This document shows positions 21,284 to 31,063 of a stretch of DNA of 64,000 nucleotides, piece by piece (the stretch's first letter is position 1; each line of letters opens with the position of its first letter). The stretch is taken from contig CAVWQN010000004.1 of assembly GCA_963757075.1 (NCBI GenBank), positions 561,792-625,791 on the forward strand, given 5' to 3'. Both the position numbers and the translations under genes were made by a program. Under the pieces are notes generated by a model that had not been told where the DNA came from, searched no databases, and saw nothing but the letters and a program-made list of their open reading frames with translations. Source of the DNA: an uncultured Actinomycetes bacterium (GTDB lineage Bacteria; Actinomycetota; Thermoleophilia; Solirubrobacterales; Solirubrobacteraceae).

Positions 21284-23470
21284 GTGAGCCGACGAGAGCG
21301 ACAGCGGCGCCACCGCCGCAACCGCCGACATCCCGTCACGCGGGTGGTCGTGATGAGCGCCATGATCGGCGTCTCAACGGTGGTCTTGGGGGCGCTCGCG
21401 ATCGCCGGCTGGGTGGCGGCCGTTGCAGACTCGGCGCCGAACCTCAATCAGCGGAGCCCCGAGGTGCCGGGCGCTAACTCGCAGGTATTCGCCTCCGACG
21501 GCTCCTCGCTCGGCTTAATCCACTCGACGCTTCTGCGCACGCCCGTGCCGGACAGCCAGATCCCGACCGCGCTGAAGCACGCCACCGTGGCCATTGAGGA
21601 CCGCCGCTTCTACCAACACGGGGCCCTCGATTACCAGGGAATTCTCCGGGCGGCGATCAGGGATGTGTTCAATGGGGGCTCGACCCTCCAGGGCGCCTCG
21701 ACCCTGACCATGCAGCTGGCCAACCAGCTCTACCTCCCCCATCACAAGCGAGATCTTCGCTACAAGATCATCCAAGCCAAGCTGGCCCAGCAGCTGGAAA
21801 AGGCACACAACAAGGACTGGATCCTCGACGAATATCTAAACGACGTGCCCTATGGCACGGTCGGCGGGCAGACCGCCTACGGAGTGGGCGCCGCCTCCGA
21901 GATCTTCTTCGACAAGCCGGTGTCCCAACTCGACCTGGCGCAATCGGCGCTGCTGGCCGGGATGCCGCAGGCGCCGTCCGAATACAACCCCTTCCTCGAC
22001 TCTCAGCTGGCGACGAAGCGCCGCCGCGACGTGCTCCAGGGCATGGTCAAGTCCGGCTACATCACCCAGGCCCAAGCGGACCAAGCCGCCACCGAGCCGC
22101 TGGGGATACAGCACAACAGCGCCTACGAGCAACGCCGCCAGCCGTACGCGTTCGACTACGTGGTGCAACAACTGCACGAGCGCTTCTGCCCCGGCCGGCC
22201 GTTTACCGCCAGTTGCCCGAAGGTCGACCAGGGCGGCCTGAAGATCTACACCACGATCAACCTCCAAGATCAGCAGCAGGCGCAGTCCTCGGTGCTCTCC
22301 CATGAGGGAGGCTCGGGGAACCCGGCCGCGGCGCTTGTATCAATCGATCCCACGAACGGCCACATCCTGGCGATCGCCAACACCTCTGACTACAGCCAAT
22401 CGAGCTTCGATTACGCCACCGAGGGTCAGCGGCAGCCGGGCTCGTCGTTCAAGGTTTACGCGTTGATGACCTTGATCCACGACTACGACGGCGACCCGAA
22501 TCAGACCTTCTACAACTCGCACTTCCTGGCGCCCGGCTGGTTGCCCGGCTACCCCACGTACAGCGTGCACACCGCAGAGGAGACCTACCAGGGCAACATC
22601 GACATCACCCACGCCACGATCGTGTCCGACAACACGGTGTTCGCCCAGCTCGGGGTCGATCTGGGCATGAACAAGGTCGACGCCACAGCCCACGCGATGG
22701 GAATCACGACCAAGCTCGACGGGAACCCGGCCGAGGTAATCGGCGGCCTCACCCAAGGCGTCACCCCGCTCGAGATGGCCGACGCCTACGCCACGGTCGC
22801 CAACGGCGGCTGGCACATACCGCCGACCGCGATCGACAAGGTCGTGTTCCCGGACGGAAGCGTCGTCAACATGGGCACCCCGCCTAAGAAGCAGGTGTTC
22901 AGCTACGCCGAGGCGTACGAGGCGATCAGCGTGCTCAAGCAGGTGATCAGCAATTCCGGTGGTACCGGCACCGCGGCTAACTACGGGTGCCCGGCCGCCG
23001 GCAAGACCGGAACGGCGGAGAACTTGGAGAACGCGTGGTTCGTGGGATTCACGCCGAAGCTCTCGACCGCGGTGTGGGTCGGATACCCCAACGCCAACAC
23101 TCCGATGGCCAATGGCTTTGGCGGAACGCTGGCCGCCCCGATCTGGCACGACTACATGTCAGCGGCGTCCAATGGGTACTGCGGCGACTGGTCCCAGCCA
23201 TCCAGTCAGTGGCAGGGCACCGCCTTCACCGGGCCTCACTCGGTGGGCAGTGGCCAGAACAACGGCGGCAATGGCAACGGCAACGGCAATGGCAACGGCA
23301 ACGGCAACGGCGGCGGGGTCGTGAACCCGTACTACAACCCGCAGCTGTACGCACAGCCGCCGCAGGGACCTCCGCAGGTCCAAGTCCCGACCCCGAGGAC
23401 GGGCGTGATCCCACCGGCTGGCTTCGGCACCGGACGCGCCGGCGGCGGGGGCGGGCGCGGACGGCGCTAG
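21284..23470 (+). CDS. Class A penicillin-binding protein (transglycosylase-transpeptidase)
   Basis: EDRRFYQH, GASTLTMQL, ILDEYLN; SSFK, SDN, KTGT; low-complexity C-terminus. Confidence 0.93.
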   Translation: MSRRERQRRHRRNRRHPVTRVVVMSAMIGVSTVVLGALAIAGWVAAVADSAPNLNQRSPEVPGANSQVFASDGSSLGLIHSTLLRTPVPDSQIPTALKHATVAIEDRRFYQHGALDYQGILRAAIRDVFNGGSTLQGASTLTMQLANQLYLPHHKRDLRYKIIQAKLAQQLEKAHNKDWILDEYLNDVPYGTVGGQTAYGVGAASEIFFDKPVSQLDLAQSALLAGMPQAPSEYNPFLDSQLATKRRRDVLQGMVKSGYITQAQADQAATEPLGIQHNSAYEQRRQPYAFDYVVQQLHERFCPGRPFTASCPKVDQGGLKIYTTINLQDQQQAQSSVLSHEGGSGNPAAALVSIDPTNGHILAIANTSDYSQSSFDYATEGQRQPGSSFKVYALMTLIHDYDGDPNQTFYNSHFLAPGWLPGYPTYSVHTAEETYQGNIDITHATIVSDNTVFAQLGVDLGMNKVDATAHAMGITTKLDGNPAEVIGGLTQGVTPLEMADAYATVANGGWHIPPTAIDKVVFPDGSVVNMGTPPKKQVFSYAEAYEAISVLKQVISNSGGTGTAANYGCPAAGKTGTAENLENAWFVGFTPKLSTAVWVGYPNANTPMANGFGGTLAAPIWHDYMSAASNGYCGDWSQPSSQWQGTAFTGPHSVGSGQNNGGNGNGNGNGNGNGNGGGVVNPYYNPQLYAQPPQGPPQVQVPTPRTGVIPPAGFGTGRAGGGGGRGRR
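23266..23312 (+). repeat. GGCAAY hexamer tandem repeat encoding (GN)n
   Basis: ggcaat ggcaac ggcaac ggcaat ggcaac ggcaac ggcaac within the PBP C-terminus. Confidence 0.85.
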
Positions 23471-23522
23471 GTCCCGAGATCACAGTCGGGCAACGGACTG
23501 ACTGCTAGCGTTCGCGCGGCCC

Positions 23523-23744
23523 ATGCCCAAGGAAGAGAAAGTCGAGCTCGAAGGCGAGGTAGTCGAGGCGCTACCGAACGCCATGTTCCGCGTCAAGCTC
23601 GACAACATGGATCGCACGGTGCTCGGTCACGTGGCGGGGAAAATGCGTCGGTTCCGGATCCGCATCCTGCCGGGCGACAGGGTGCGAGTTGAACTCTCGC
23701 CCTACGACTTAGATCGCGCCCGCATCGTCTATCGGCATAAGTGA
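23523..23744 (+). CDS. infA: Translation initiation factor IF-1
   Basis: [42 protein letters not shown]. Confidence 0.95.
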   Translation: MPKEEKVELEGEVVEALPNAMFRVKLDNMDRTVLGHVAGKMRRFRIRILPGDRVRVELSPYDLDRARIVYRHK

Positions 23745-23831
23745 GGAGCGGCACCAGCGTCCACCTGTGGACACATGCGCGTTGCGCGAGTGTCCACAGA
23801 CGGACAGCTGCCACCGCCTAATCAGCTCTCT

Positions 23832-24806
23832 ATGCGCGAGTTTGAGCTGATCGAGGCCCTCGACGGGCTGTTCAAGCATGAGTCCCCCAGGGTGGTTCGG
23901 GGCATGGGGGACGACGCCGCGGTGGTGCGGGCCGGTGGCTACGCCGTGACTTCCGTCGACATGATGGTCGACGGCGTCCATTTCCGGGTGGGGGAGCTGA
24001 CGATGGACGAGATCGGCCACCGGGCAATGGCCGCGGCGCTGTCAGATCTGGCGGCCATGGGGGTGGAGCCCGACGAGGCTTACCTGGCGCTTGGACTTCC
24101 GGGGGGGATGGAGCTTGACGCCGTCCTCGATCTGGCGCGCGGAGCGCAGGAGCTTGCGTCGCGCTGTGGGGCCGCGATCGCGGGCGGGGACGTCACGCAG
24201 GCCAGCGCTCTGACAGTGTCGGTCACCGTCGTCGGTTGGGCGTCAGACCCCGGCGTTGTTGTGGGGCGCGACGGGGCGAGACCTGGAGACCTGGTGTGCG
24301 TGACGGGGAAGCTCGGTGAGGCCGGCGCGGGGCTTGCGCTGATCGATGGACGGGCCCAGCTTGCCGATTCGGAGGACGTGCGGTCGCTGCGGGAGCGCTA
24401 CGCCCGTCCAACCCCGCGGCTCGAGGAGGGACGTTCGCTGGCCGAGTTCGGCGCCCGAGCGATGATCGATCTCTCGGACGGGCTGGCCACTGACGCCGGA
24501 CACCTGGCGCGGCGGAGCGGAGCGAGGCTGGAGCTCCAGCTGGCGGCGCTGCCCGTCGCCGACGCCGTGAAGGAGGTGGCGTCCCAGGTCGGGATGAACC
24601 CCGGCACGCTGGCGGCGACCGCCGGCGAGGACTACGAGCTCTGCGCCTGTGTGCCGCCCAGCGCCCGTGATTCCGCCGAGACCGCGGCCTCCGGCTGGCG
24701 CAGCGGTGTGGGGCTGGCGTGGATTGGGCACGTGCTAGACGGGCCGCCAGGCGTCGTCTTCGGAGATGCCGCCGGCCCCATCTTGGGCTATCAGCATTCG
24801 CTCTGA
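23832..24806 (+). CDS. thiL: Thiamine-monophosphate kinase
   Basis: MREFELI, GDDAAV, NLSDL-like [31 protein letters not shown]. Confidence 0.92.
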   Translation: MREFELIEALDGLFKHESPRVVRGMGDDAAVVRAGGYAVTSVDMMVDGVHFRVGELTMDEIGHRAMAAALSDLAAMGVEPDEAYLALGLPGGMELDAVLDLARGAQELASRCGAAIAGGDVTQASALTVSVTVVGWASDPGVVVGRDGARPGDLVCVTGKLGEAGAGLALIDGRAQLADSEDVRSLRERYARPTPRLEEGRSLAEFGARAMIDLSDGLATDAGHLARRSGARLELQLAALPVADAVKEVASQVGMNPGTLAATAGEDYELCACVPPSARDSAETAASGWRSGVGLAWIGHVLDGPPGVVFGDAAGPILGYQHSL

Positions 24807-24941
24807 GGGAGCCCGCAGCAAGGCCTGATCGAGTACCCGGCGCGCGATCGCCTCGGCGACCGCCCGGCAGTCGATCTCGTACTCGCCGCGCACGATTCGC
24901 TCGCGCAGCGCGAGCAGCCTGCTGCCCTGGGCGTCTTCCAT
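24735..24941 (-). CDS. FlgM-like anti-sigma-28 factor (C-terminal domain only)
   Basis: [25 protein letters not shown] resembles the FlgM C-terminal motif; RBS GGAGG before ATG; sigma-28 promoter directly upstream. Confidence 0.65.
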   Translation of the reverse strand: MEDAQGSRLLALRERIVRGEYEIDCRAVAEAIARRVLDQALLRAPSERMLIAQDGAGGISEDDAWRPV

Positions 24942-24950
24942 GTTCCTCCC

Positions 24951-24977
24951 CTATCGGCTGGAGCCGCTTTGGCCTTA
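24951..24977 (-). promoter_or_regulatory. Sigma-28 (FliA/WhiG-type) promoter
   Basis: Minus strand TAAG-N15-GCCGATAG versus consensus TAAA-N15-GCCGATAA. Confidence 0.7.
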
Positions 24978-25016
24978 ACTGATTAGGTGCCAGTCAGGAC
25001 GTTCGGCCGATCGTGG

Positions 25017-25715
25017 TCAGCACCCGGCGTGCCCTCGGACGGTCGATGGCCCGAGCGGCAGCACCGACTGGACCCGGGCGAACGTCACGATCCGCTGGGC
25101 CGCGCTGTACAGGGGATTGCAGGCCGACAGCACCAGGCGCTCGTAGCCGACGTTGTGGGTGACCCACCAGGCGGTCGGCTGCACGACCTTGTCGTACTGG
25201 ACCTTGTAGGTGAACTGGGCGTAGCGCAGCGTGAGCACGATCCGGTCGCCGGGGCGAAGCTGGTTGATGTTGCGAAATGGCGCCAGATACGTCGTCCTGT
25301 GGCCGGCGATCGCCACCGTGTCGCCCAATCCCGGGAACGGCGTCTGCGGATAATGGCCGGGGCCCTTCTGCAGGCTCGCCTCATCGGTCCCCTGGACCAC
25401 CGTGTAGGTCGCGCCCAGTCTCGGCATCTGGAGGATTCCGATTGCCTGGCCGGTCTTGACTTCTTTGCGCTCCTGCCGCGCCAGGTACGCGATCCGCTGC
25501 TTCTCGGTCTTCAGCGCCTGAAGCGCCCTGAGTTCGAGCCCCGACAGCGGCGCCTTGCAGTAGGAGAGGAAGCGTTTGTCGACGCCGTCGCGCTTGATCA
25601 ACGCGATCACGGCCGTCAGCGGCTCCTGCCACAGCAGCGTCACCGCGGCGTCGGCAAGCAGCAGACCCCCCGAGATCATCAGCACCAACGAGAAGTCACG
25701 GATCAGTCGGCGCAC
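25017..25715 (-). CDS. Class E sortase
   Basis: N-terminal TM anchor, LQKGPGHY, IAGHRTTYLAPF, LVLSACNP, QRIV (His/Cys/Arg intact); GTG start approximate. Confidence 0.9.
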   Translation of the reverse strand: MRRLIRDFSLVLMISGGLLLADAAVTLLWQEPLTAVIALIKRDGVDKRFLSYCKAPLSGLELRALQALKTEKQRIAYLARQERKEVKTGQAIGILQMPRLGATYTVVQGTDEASLQKGPGHYPQTPFPGLGDTVAIAGHRTTYLAPFRNINQLRPGDRIVLTLRYAQFTYKVQYDKVVQPTAWWVTHNVGYERLVLSACNPLYSAAQRIVTFARVQSVLPLGPSTVRGHAGC

Positions 25716-25737
25716 GGGTGAAGAGACTAAGCGCTGG

Positions 25738-27483
25738 TCAACGGCGGAGTGCCGATTTGGTCCCACCCAGGGAACCGGGACCGGCGTACGTGACCGGACC
25801 GCGAACGGTGACCGGCACCTCTTGCGGCTGCTCCTGGCGTGCGCCCCAGGCCGCGATCGCGATCCCCCACAGCGCGCACGCCGCTGCCGCGCACCATTCG
25901 AGGGCGACGAGTGGGCTGATCTGGCCGCTGGCGATCATCATCGACCCGGTCCAGGCGAACGTGATCGGGTTGAAGCCCAGCGTGACCATGAAGTAGACGA
26001 GCACCAGGAGCGGCGGGGCCAGCCCCGCGACGAACAGACTGCCCCTGAGCGCCGGGTGCATCCGGGTCTGGGGCATGAGCACCCACATCCAGAGGTGCAG
26101 CGCGGGTACGAGCAGGGCCGCCGCAAACGGGTTCGTCACCCAGATCGCGATTGCCAGGGCGCACATCACGATCAGGAGCGCGGCAGCGGCTCCGGGATTT
26201 CCGCTGGCGTTGACCAGCACGCCCGTGCGCCTGAGCAACCAGAAGACGATCGCGATGACACAAGCGATCGCGACCAGGATCGCCGTGCCGGAGGTACGCA
26301 ACGGCACTGCCCCAGCGGCGGCTGCCGCAGGCGGCGCGACCCGCAGCAGACCGACGGCCTTAGCGAACAGCACGATTGCTACGCCAAGTGCGAAGGGCAC
26401 CCCGGCCGCCAGCACGCGCGCCGCCCAGGGACCAACAGGATGACCGCGGCGGCGCGCCCGGGCAAAAGCATCGATCGTGGCCCCGAGCACGGGAAGGATG
26501 AGCCCCAGGACCAGCAGCCGGACCGCCCAGGCGGGAACGACGTTGCCGCCCATCAGCAGGTATGCGGATGGAGCCGGCACCGGACTGCCGCCATCCAGGG
26601 CGCTGATCACCTCCTGCGCCGTCCTGCCGAACTGGTCGATCTGGGCCAGGCTCAGCGGCGCGTTGGCAGCGGGGGTCCGCTCTCCGGAGGCCGAAAGGAG
26701 CACCGCTGGGATGCCCCGCGCGTTGAATGGCCCCTGCTCGGAGACAGTGAACGGAAACGCCAGATGCGCGAACTGCCCCACCAGGCTGTTACCGCCCGCC
26801 GCCAGGCCTGCCTGGGTCGACAGTGCGCCGGCGACGGTGTTTCGCAGCAAAGCGGGGGCGATCTGCTGGCCGTCCGACCACGGGACCACGAGCGGCGGAC
26901 GCACGGTGCGGCTTGCCATATCACCCAGCACCAGGACGGCGTCGATGGGGCCGGGGAGCGCGCGGATGAGCTGCGTTGCGCCGGCGGCTCCGGTCGAGCC
27001 GGACGTCGAGGCCAGCACGACGGTGTGGTTGATCGTCTCGCCCGAGAGGACCCGCGCCAAGTCGAGAAGTACGCCAGTTCCCGACTCCTCGAGCTTCGCC
27101 GGGGAACCAGTCGCGTCACGGTGGGCGATGACGACGATGCTCCCGCTGGCGACCCCCGATCGAACCCCGATCACGTTCCGGAGCGTTCTGGTGCCGCTGG
27201 GAGTGGGGGCTTGGAACGACTGGTTGGAGACGCTGAAGTCGTTGGCATGGAGCCGCTGGGCGATCTCGGCGGCGATCGCATCGTCGCTCGCCGAACCCGC
27301 CTGGCGATGGCGGTAATGCTGGGCCAGGTTGATCGCGTCTCTGTAGGCGTTCTGAGCGTTGAACGCGTCTGGGGCAAGGGTTGCTCCCAGCGACCCCTGT
27401 TGGTCCTGGAACGAGAACGCGAACACGATCACGGCCAGCACCACCGCGACCAAGCCCGTGCGGTAGATCCGCGGATCGAGCAT
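25738..27483 (-). CDS. Membrane protein with degenerate M28-peptidase-like domain (Gaa1/ERMP1-like architecture)
   Basis: N-terminal TM, RNVIG...VIAHRD...SGTGVLLDLAR M28-like core, about 7 C-terminal TM segments, tail VRGPVTYAGPGSLGG. Confidence 0.75.
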   Translation of the reverse strand: MLDPRIYRTGLVAVVLAVIVFAFSFQDQQGSLGATLAPDAFNAQNAYRDAINLAQHYRHRQAGSASDDAIAAEIAQRLHANDFSVSNQSFQAPTPSGTRTLRNVIGVRSGVASGSIVVIAHRDATGSPAKLEESGTGVLLDLARVLSGETINHTVVLASTSGSTGAAGATQLIRALPGPIDAVLVLGDMASRTVRPPLVVPWSDGQQIAPALLRNTVAGALSTQAGLAAGGNSLVGQFAHLAFPFTVSEQGPFNARGIPAVLLSASGERTPAANAPLSLAQIDQFGRTAQEVISALDGGSPVPAPSAYLLMGGNVVPAWAVRLLVLGLILPVLGATIDAFARARRRGHPVGPWAARVLAAGVPFALGVAIVLFAKAVGLLRVAPPAAAAAGAVPLRTSGTAILVAIACVIAIVFWLLRRTGVLVNASGNPGAAAALLIVMCALAIAIWVTNPFAAALLVPALHLWMWVLMPQTRMHPALRGSLFVAGLAPPLLVLVYFMVTLGFNPITFAWTGSMMIASGQISPLVALEWCAAAACALWGIAIAAWGARQEQPQEVPVTVRGPVTYAGPGSLGGTKSALRR

Positions 27484-27560
27484 GGCCGGGGAAGGTTAAC
27501 CACGGAAGGGGACTCCAAGCAGTCACCCCGTACTCTTTCCTCCTAATAGGAGACAAATTG

Positions 27561-28274
27561 ATGGAAGACCACTCAGCGCGCATCCTGCTCGTGGACGATG
27601 AGCAGTCGATCCAGACGCTGCTGTCTTATCCGTTGCGCAAGGAGGGCTACCACGTGGTCCAGGCCACCGACGGCCGCCAAGCGCTCGAGCGGTTCGACGA
27701 GGAGGCGTTCGACCTCGTCGTGCTGGACCTGATGCTCCCGAAGCTCGACGGGCTCGAGGTCTGTCGGCGCCTCCGCACCCGCAGCTCGGTGCCGATCATC
27801 ATGCTCACCGCAAAGTCCGAGGAGATCGACAAGGTGGTGGGACTCGAGCTGGGGGCAGACGACTACATCACCAAGCCGTTCTCGCTGCGGGAGTTCTCGA
27901 GCCGGATCAAGGCGGCACTGCGGCGGGCGGAGATGACCAGACCGGCGGAAACGGCACCGGATGAGGCGCCGCTCGAAGTGCTCCAGCTGCGGATCGACTT
28001 CCCCAAGCGGACGGTCCGCGTGCGGGGCATTGACGCTCAGCTCACCTACGTCGAGTTCGAGATCCTCTCCGCGCTGGCGCGCAATCCCGGGCGCGTGTTC
28101 ACACGCGACATGCTGCTGGCGCGCATCTGGGGCGATTCCGCGTACCGCGATCCGAGAACGATCGATGTCCACATCCGGCACCTGCGGGAGAAGATCGAGC
28201 GCGACCCCAAGGAGCCCGAGTATCTGTTGACCGTCCGCGGCGTCGGCTACCGCTTCCGGGACACCGAGCCCTAG
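27561..28274 (+). CDS. OmpR/PhoB-family response regulator
   Basis: ILLVDDE, LDLMLP, MLTAK, GADDYITKPF, RTIDVHIRHLR, TVRGVGY; RBS AGGAGA. Confidence 0.93.
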   Translation: MEDHSARILLVDDEQSIQTLLSYPLRKEGYHVVQATDGRQALERFDEEAFDLVVLDLMLPKLDGLEVCRRLRTRSSVPIIMLTAKSEEIDKVVGLELGADDYITKPFSLREFSSRIKAALRRAEMTRPAETAPDEAPLEVLQLRIDFPKRTVRVRGIDAQLTYVEFEILSALARNPGRVFTRDMLLARIWGDSAYRDPRTIDVHIRHLREKIERDPKEPEYLLTVRGVGYRFRDTEP

Positions 28275-28286
28275 GCCCCCAAACCG

Positions 28287-29675
28287 ATGCTGCGCTCGCT
28301 GCGTAATCGCCTGGCGCTCGTCTTCTTCGCGGTCACGTTCGTCGCGTTCGCCGCGCTGTATTTGTACGTGGCGCCGGGGCTGCAGAACAGACTGCTTGAC
28401 GAGAAGCTGAAGGCGCTGGCGGCTACCGCCAGCACGTACTCGCGCAGCATCGCCGTCGGAACGGACGTCCCGCGGGCGACGCTCGAGCGCCAGGTCGACA
28501 CGGTGGCGCTCAAGTCCGGCGCCCGGGTCTCGCTGCTGGACGTGAATACCGCGAACGGCCAGCCACAGCTCTCGGCCCCTGTCGTCGACTCAAATCCCGG
28601 CACCGATCAGGCGATGACGTTCCCGCTCGCCTACCAGGCCGTGCAGTCCGGCAAGCCGGAGGCCGGTACCGAGGTGGTGGCGGGCGTGACGGTGGCCGAG
28701 GCCGCCTACCCGATCCGCTCCCATGGCCGGATCCTGGCCGTCGCCGTCTACTCCTCGTCGGTCTCGGATGTGGTCCACAACGTGTCGATCGTGCGCCAGG
28801 AGATCCTGATCGCCGGTGGGATTGCGCTGCTGCTGGCGCTGGTGGGCGGCTACCTGGTCGCGCGCTGGCTGACTTGGCGCGTGAAGCGCTTGGAGCTTGC
28901 CGCCGAGCAGGTCGCCGCCGGGGACTTTGGCCGTCCCATTCACGTCGACTCCAGCGACGAGCTGGGGCAGCTGGCGGTCGCGTTCAACGACATGCAGCGC
29001 CAGCTGGCACAGCTGGAGTCGGCGCGGGAGAAGTTCATCGCCACCGCCTCGCACGAGCTGCGAACGCCGATCTTCTCCCTGGGCGGCTTTGTCGAGCTGC
29101 TCGAGGACGAAGAGCTCGACCCAGAGACCAGGCGCCGCTTCCTTGATCAGGTCCGCGACCAGGTCGAGCGGCTACGAAAGCTGTCCGTCGATCTACTCGA
29201 TCTGTCGAGGCTCGAGGCCGGCTCGCTGGAGCTGCGGGAAGAGCAGGTCGATCTTGGCGAGCTGGCGCGATCCGTGTCGGGGGAGTTCGAGCCGTCGCTG
29301 GCGCACCATGATTCGCATCTGGAGCTCAGACTCGCGGCGAGGAGGATCGAGGCACAGTGCGATCCGGTTCGTGTCGCTCAGATCATGCGCATCCTGCTCG
29401 ACAACGCGCTGACCCATACGCCGCCGGGGACTCAGATCGTGGTCACCGCCGGCCGCTCGGACGGGCAGGTGAGGCTCGCGGTCCGCGACGACGGCGACGG
29501 TATCGATCCGAGCGCGATGAGACGTATCTTCGAGCCGTTCTACACCGCCGACGATGCCCAGGGGTCGGGCCTGGGGCTGGCCATTGCCTCCGAGCTCGCG
29601 GAGCGCATGTCGGGCCGGCTATCGGCGCAGTCGTCGCCGGGCCAGACCGTTTTCACGCTCGAGCTGCCGCCCTGA
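28287..29675 (+). CDS. HAMP-domain sensor histidine kinase
   Basis: Two TMs, HAMP, ASHELRTP H-box, LLDNA, VRDDGDGI, GSGLGL. Confidence 0.93.
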   Translation: MLRSLRNRLALVFFAVTFVAFAALYLYVAPGLQNRLLDEKLKALAATASTYSRSIAVGTDVPRATLERQVDTVALKSGARVSLLDVNTANGQPQLSAPVVDSNPGTDQAMTFPLAYQAVQSGKPEAGTEVVAGVTVAEAAYPIRSHGRILAVAVYSSSVSDVVHNVSIVRQEILIAGGIALLLALVGGYLVARWLTWRVKRLELAAEQVAAGDFGRPIHVDSSDELGQLAVAFNDMQRQLAQLESAREKFIATASHELRTPIFSLGGFVELLEDEELDPETRRRFLDQVRDQVERLRKLSVDLLDLSRLEAGSLELREEQVDLGELARSVSGEFEPSLAHHDSHLELRLAARRIEAQCDPVRVAQIMRILLDNALTHTPPGTQIVVTAGRSDGQVRLAVRDDGDGIDPSAMRRIFEPFYTADDAQGSGLGLAIASELAERMSGRLSAQSSPGQTVFTLELPP

Positions 29676-29761
29676 GGCCCACCACCGACCCGGGGCCCAC
29701 TGTGACCGACATCGTGGGCGATATCGTCCGGCCAGATGCTCGCTCGCCCACCTAGAACCAC

Positions 29762-30994
29762 ATGCTCCAGCCAGTCGGCGTAGCCCAGAAGCACCTGGCG
29801 GACTACCAGAGCATCGCCGGCCGCAGGATGATCGACGAGATCCGCGAGCGCGCCGCACGCCTGGAGGGCAAGCGCATCCTCCACGTGTCGGCGACCGCGT
29901 TCGGAGGCGGCGTCTCGGAGATCTTGAACACGCTCGTGCCACTGATGGTCGATGTTGGCCTTCAGTGCGAGTGGCATGTCATCTACGGCCGGGAGGGTTT
30001 CTTCAACGCCACCAAGGTGATGCACAACGCGCTGCAGGGCAGCCCGCTGGACCTGAGCGAGGAGCAGTGGCAAACGTGGGTCCGTTACAACGAGATCAAT
30101 GCCTCCCAGCTGTCCGAGGATTGGGACGTGTGCATCATCCACGATCCGCAGCCGGCCGCGATCTGCTCCATGGTTCCCGAAAAGGCGCGGCGCTGGGTGT
30201 GGAGGTGCCACATCGACCTCTCGACCCCGAACGCCTTCACGCTCGAGCGCCTCGTGCCCTACCTGGAGCCATACGAGGCGGTCGTGTTCCACCTCGACGA
30301 GTACGTGCCGCGCGGCATGGATGGTCGCTCATATACGGTGCCGCCGGCGATCGATCCCCTCGCCCCCAAGAACATGGCCTTCTCGCCAGAGGACGCCGTC
30401 TACATCTGTCAGCAGTTCGGGATCGACGTCGACCGGCCACTGCTGTGCCAGGTCTCGCGCTTCGATCCCTGGAAGGACCCACTGGGCGTGATCGACGCCT
30501 ACCGGATCGTCAAGGAACAGATGCCGGAGGTGCAGCTCGCGCTGGTGGGCTCGATGGCCACCGATGATCCCGAGGGCTGGGACTACTTCAACGCCACGGT
30601 GGCCCACGCCGATGGCGACCCTGACATCCACCTCCTCAACAACCTCAACAACGTCGGCGCGATCGAAGTCAACGCGTTCCAGTCCCACTCCGACGTCGTG
30701 ATCCAGAAGTCGACACGGGAGGGATTTGGCCTGACCGTGACCGAGGCGATCTGGAAGGCGCGGCCAATGGTGGCCGGCGACGTTGGCGGCATCCCGCTTC
30801 AGATCACCGACGGCCAATCCGGGTTTCTGGTCTCCGGGGTCGAGGATTGCGCCCAGCGCGCGCTTGAGATCCTCGCGGATCCTGCCCTGGGCAAGCAGCT
30901 GGGGCGTGCCGGAAAGGAGGCCGTGCGCCAGCGGTTTCTGACCCCCCGGCTGTTGCGAGACTGGCTGGAGCTGTTCGAGCGTCTGGAGGTTTAG
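29762..30994 (+). CDS. treT: Trehalose synthase TreT (GT4)
   Basis: HVSATAFGGGVSEIL, IIHDPQP, WRCHID, QVSRFDPWKDP, QKSTREGFGLTVTEA. Confidence 0.88.
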   Translation: MLQPVGVAQKHLADYQSIAGRRMIDEIRERAARLEGKRILHVSATAFGGGVSEILNTLVPLMVDVGLQCEWHVIYGREGFFNATKVMHNALQGSPLDLSEEQWQTWVRYNEINASQLSEDWDVCIIHDPQPAAICSMVPEKARRWVWRCHIDLSTPNAFTLERLVPYLEPYEAVVFHLDEYVPRGMDGRSYTVPPAIDPLAPKNMAFSPEDAVYICQQFGIDVDRPLLCQVSRFDPWKDPLGVIDAYRIVKEQMPEVQLALVGSMATDDPEGWDYFNATVAHADGDPDIHLLNNLNNVGAIEVNAFQSHSDVVIQKSTREGFGLTVTEAIWKARPMVAGDVGGIPLQITDGQSGFLVSGVEDCAQRALEILADPALGKQLGRAGKEAVRQRFLTPRLLRDWLELFERLEV

Positions 30995-31063
30995 GGCTCC
31001 CCAGGCGCTCGCAGCAACCGCGATCGACCGCGTCCTCGGCCGCCGGCCCGCTACGTTTGTTCG

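Noticed and set aside
25576-27546. 656-aa plus-strand ORF opposite the M28-like gene
   Set aside because: Arg/Gly/Asp/His-rich antisense shadow typical of high-GC DNA; no motifs or RBS
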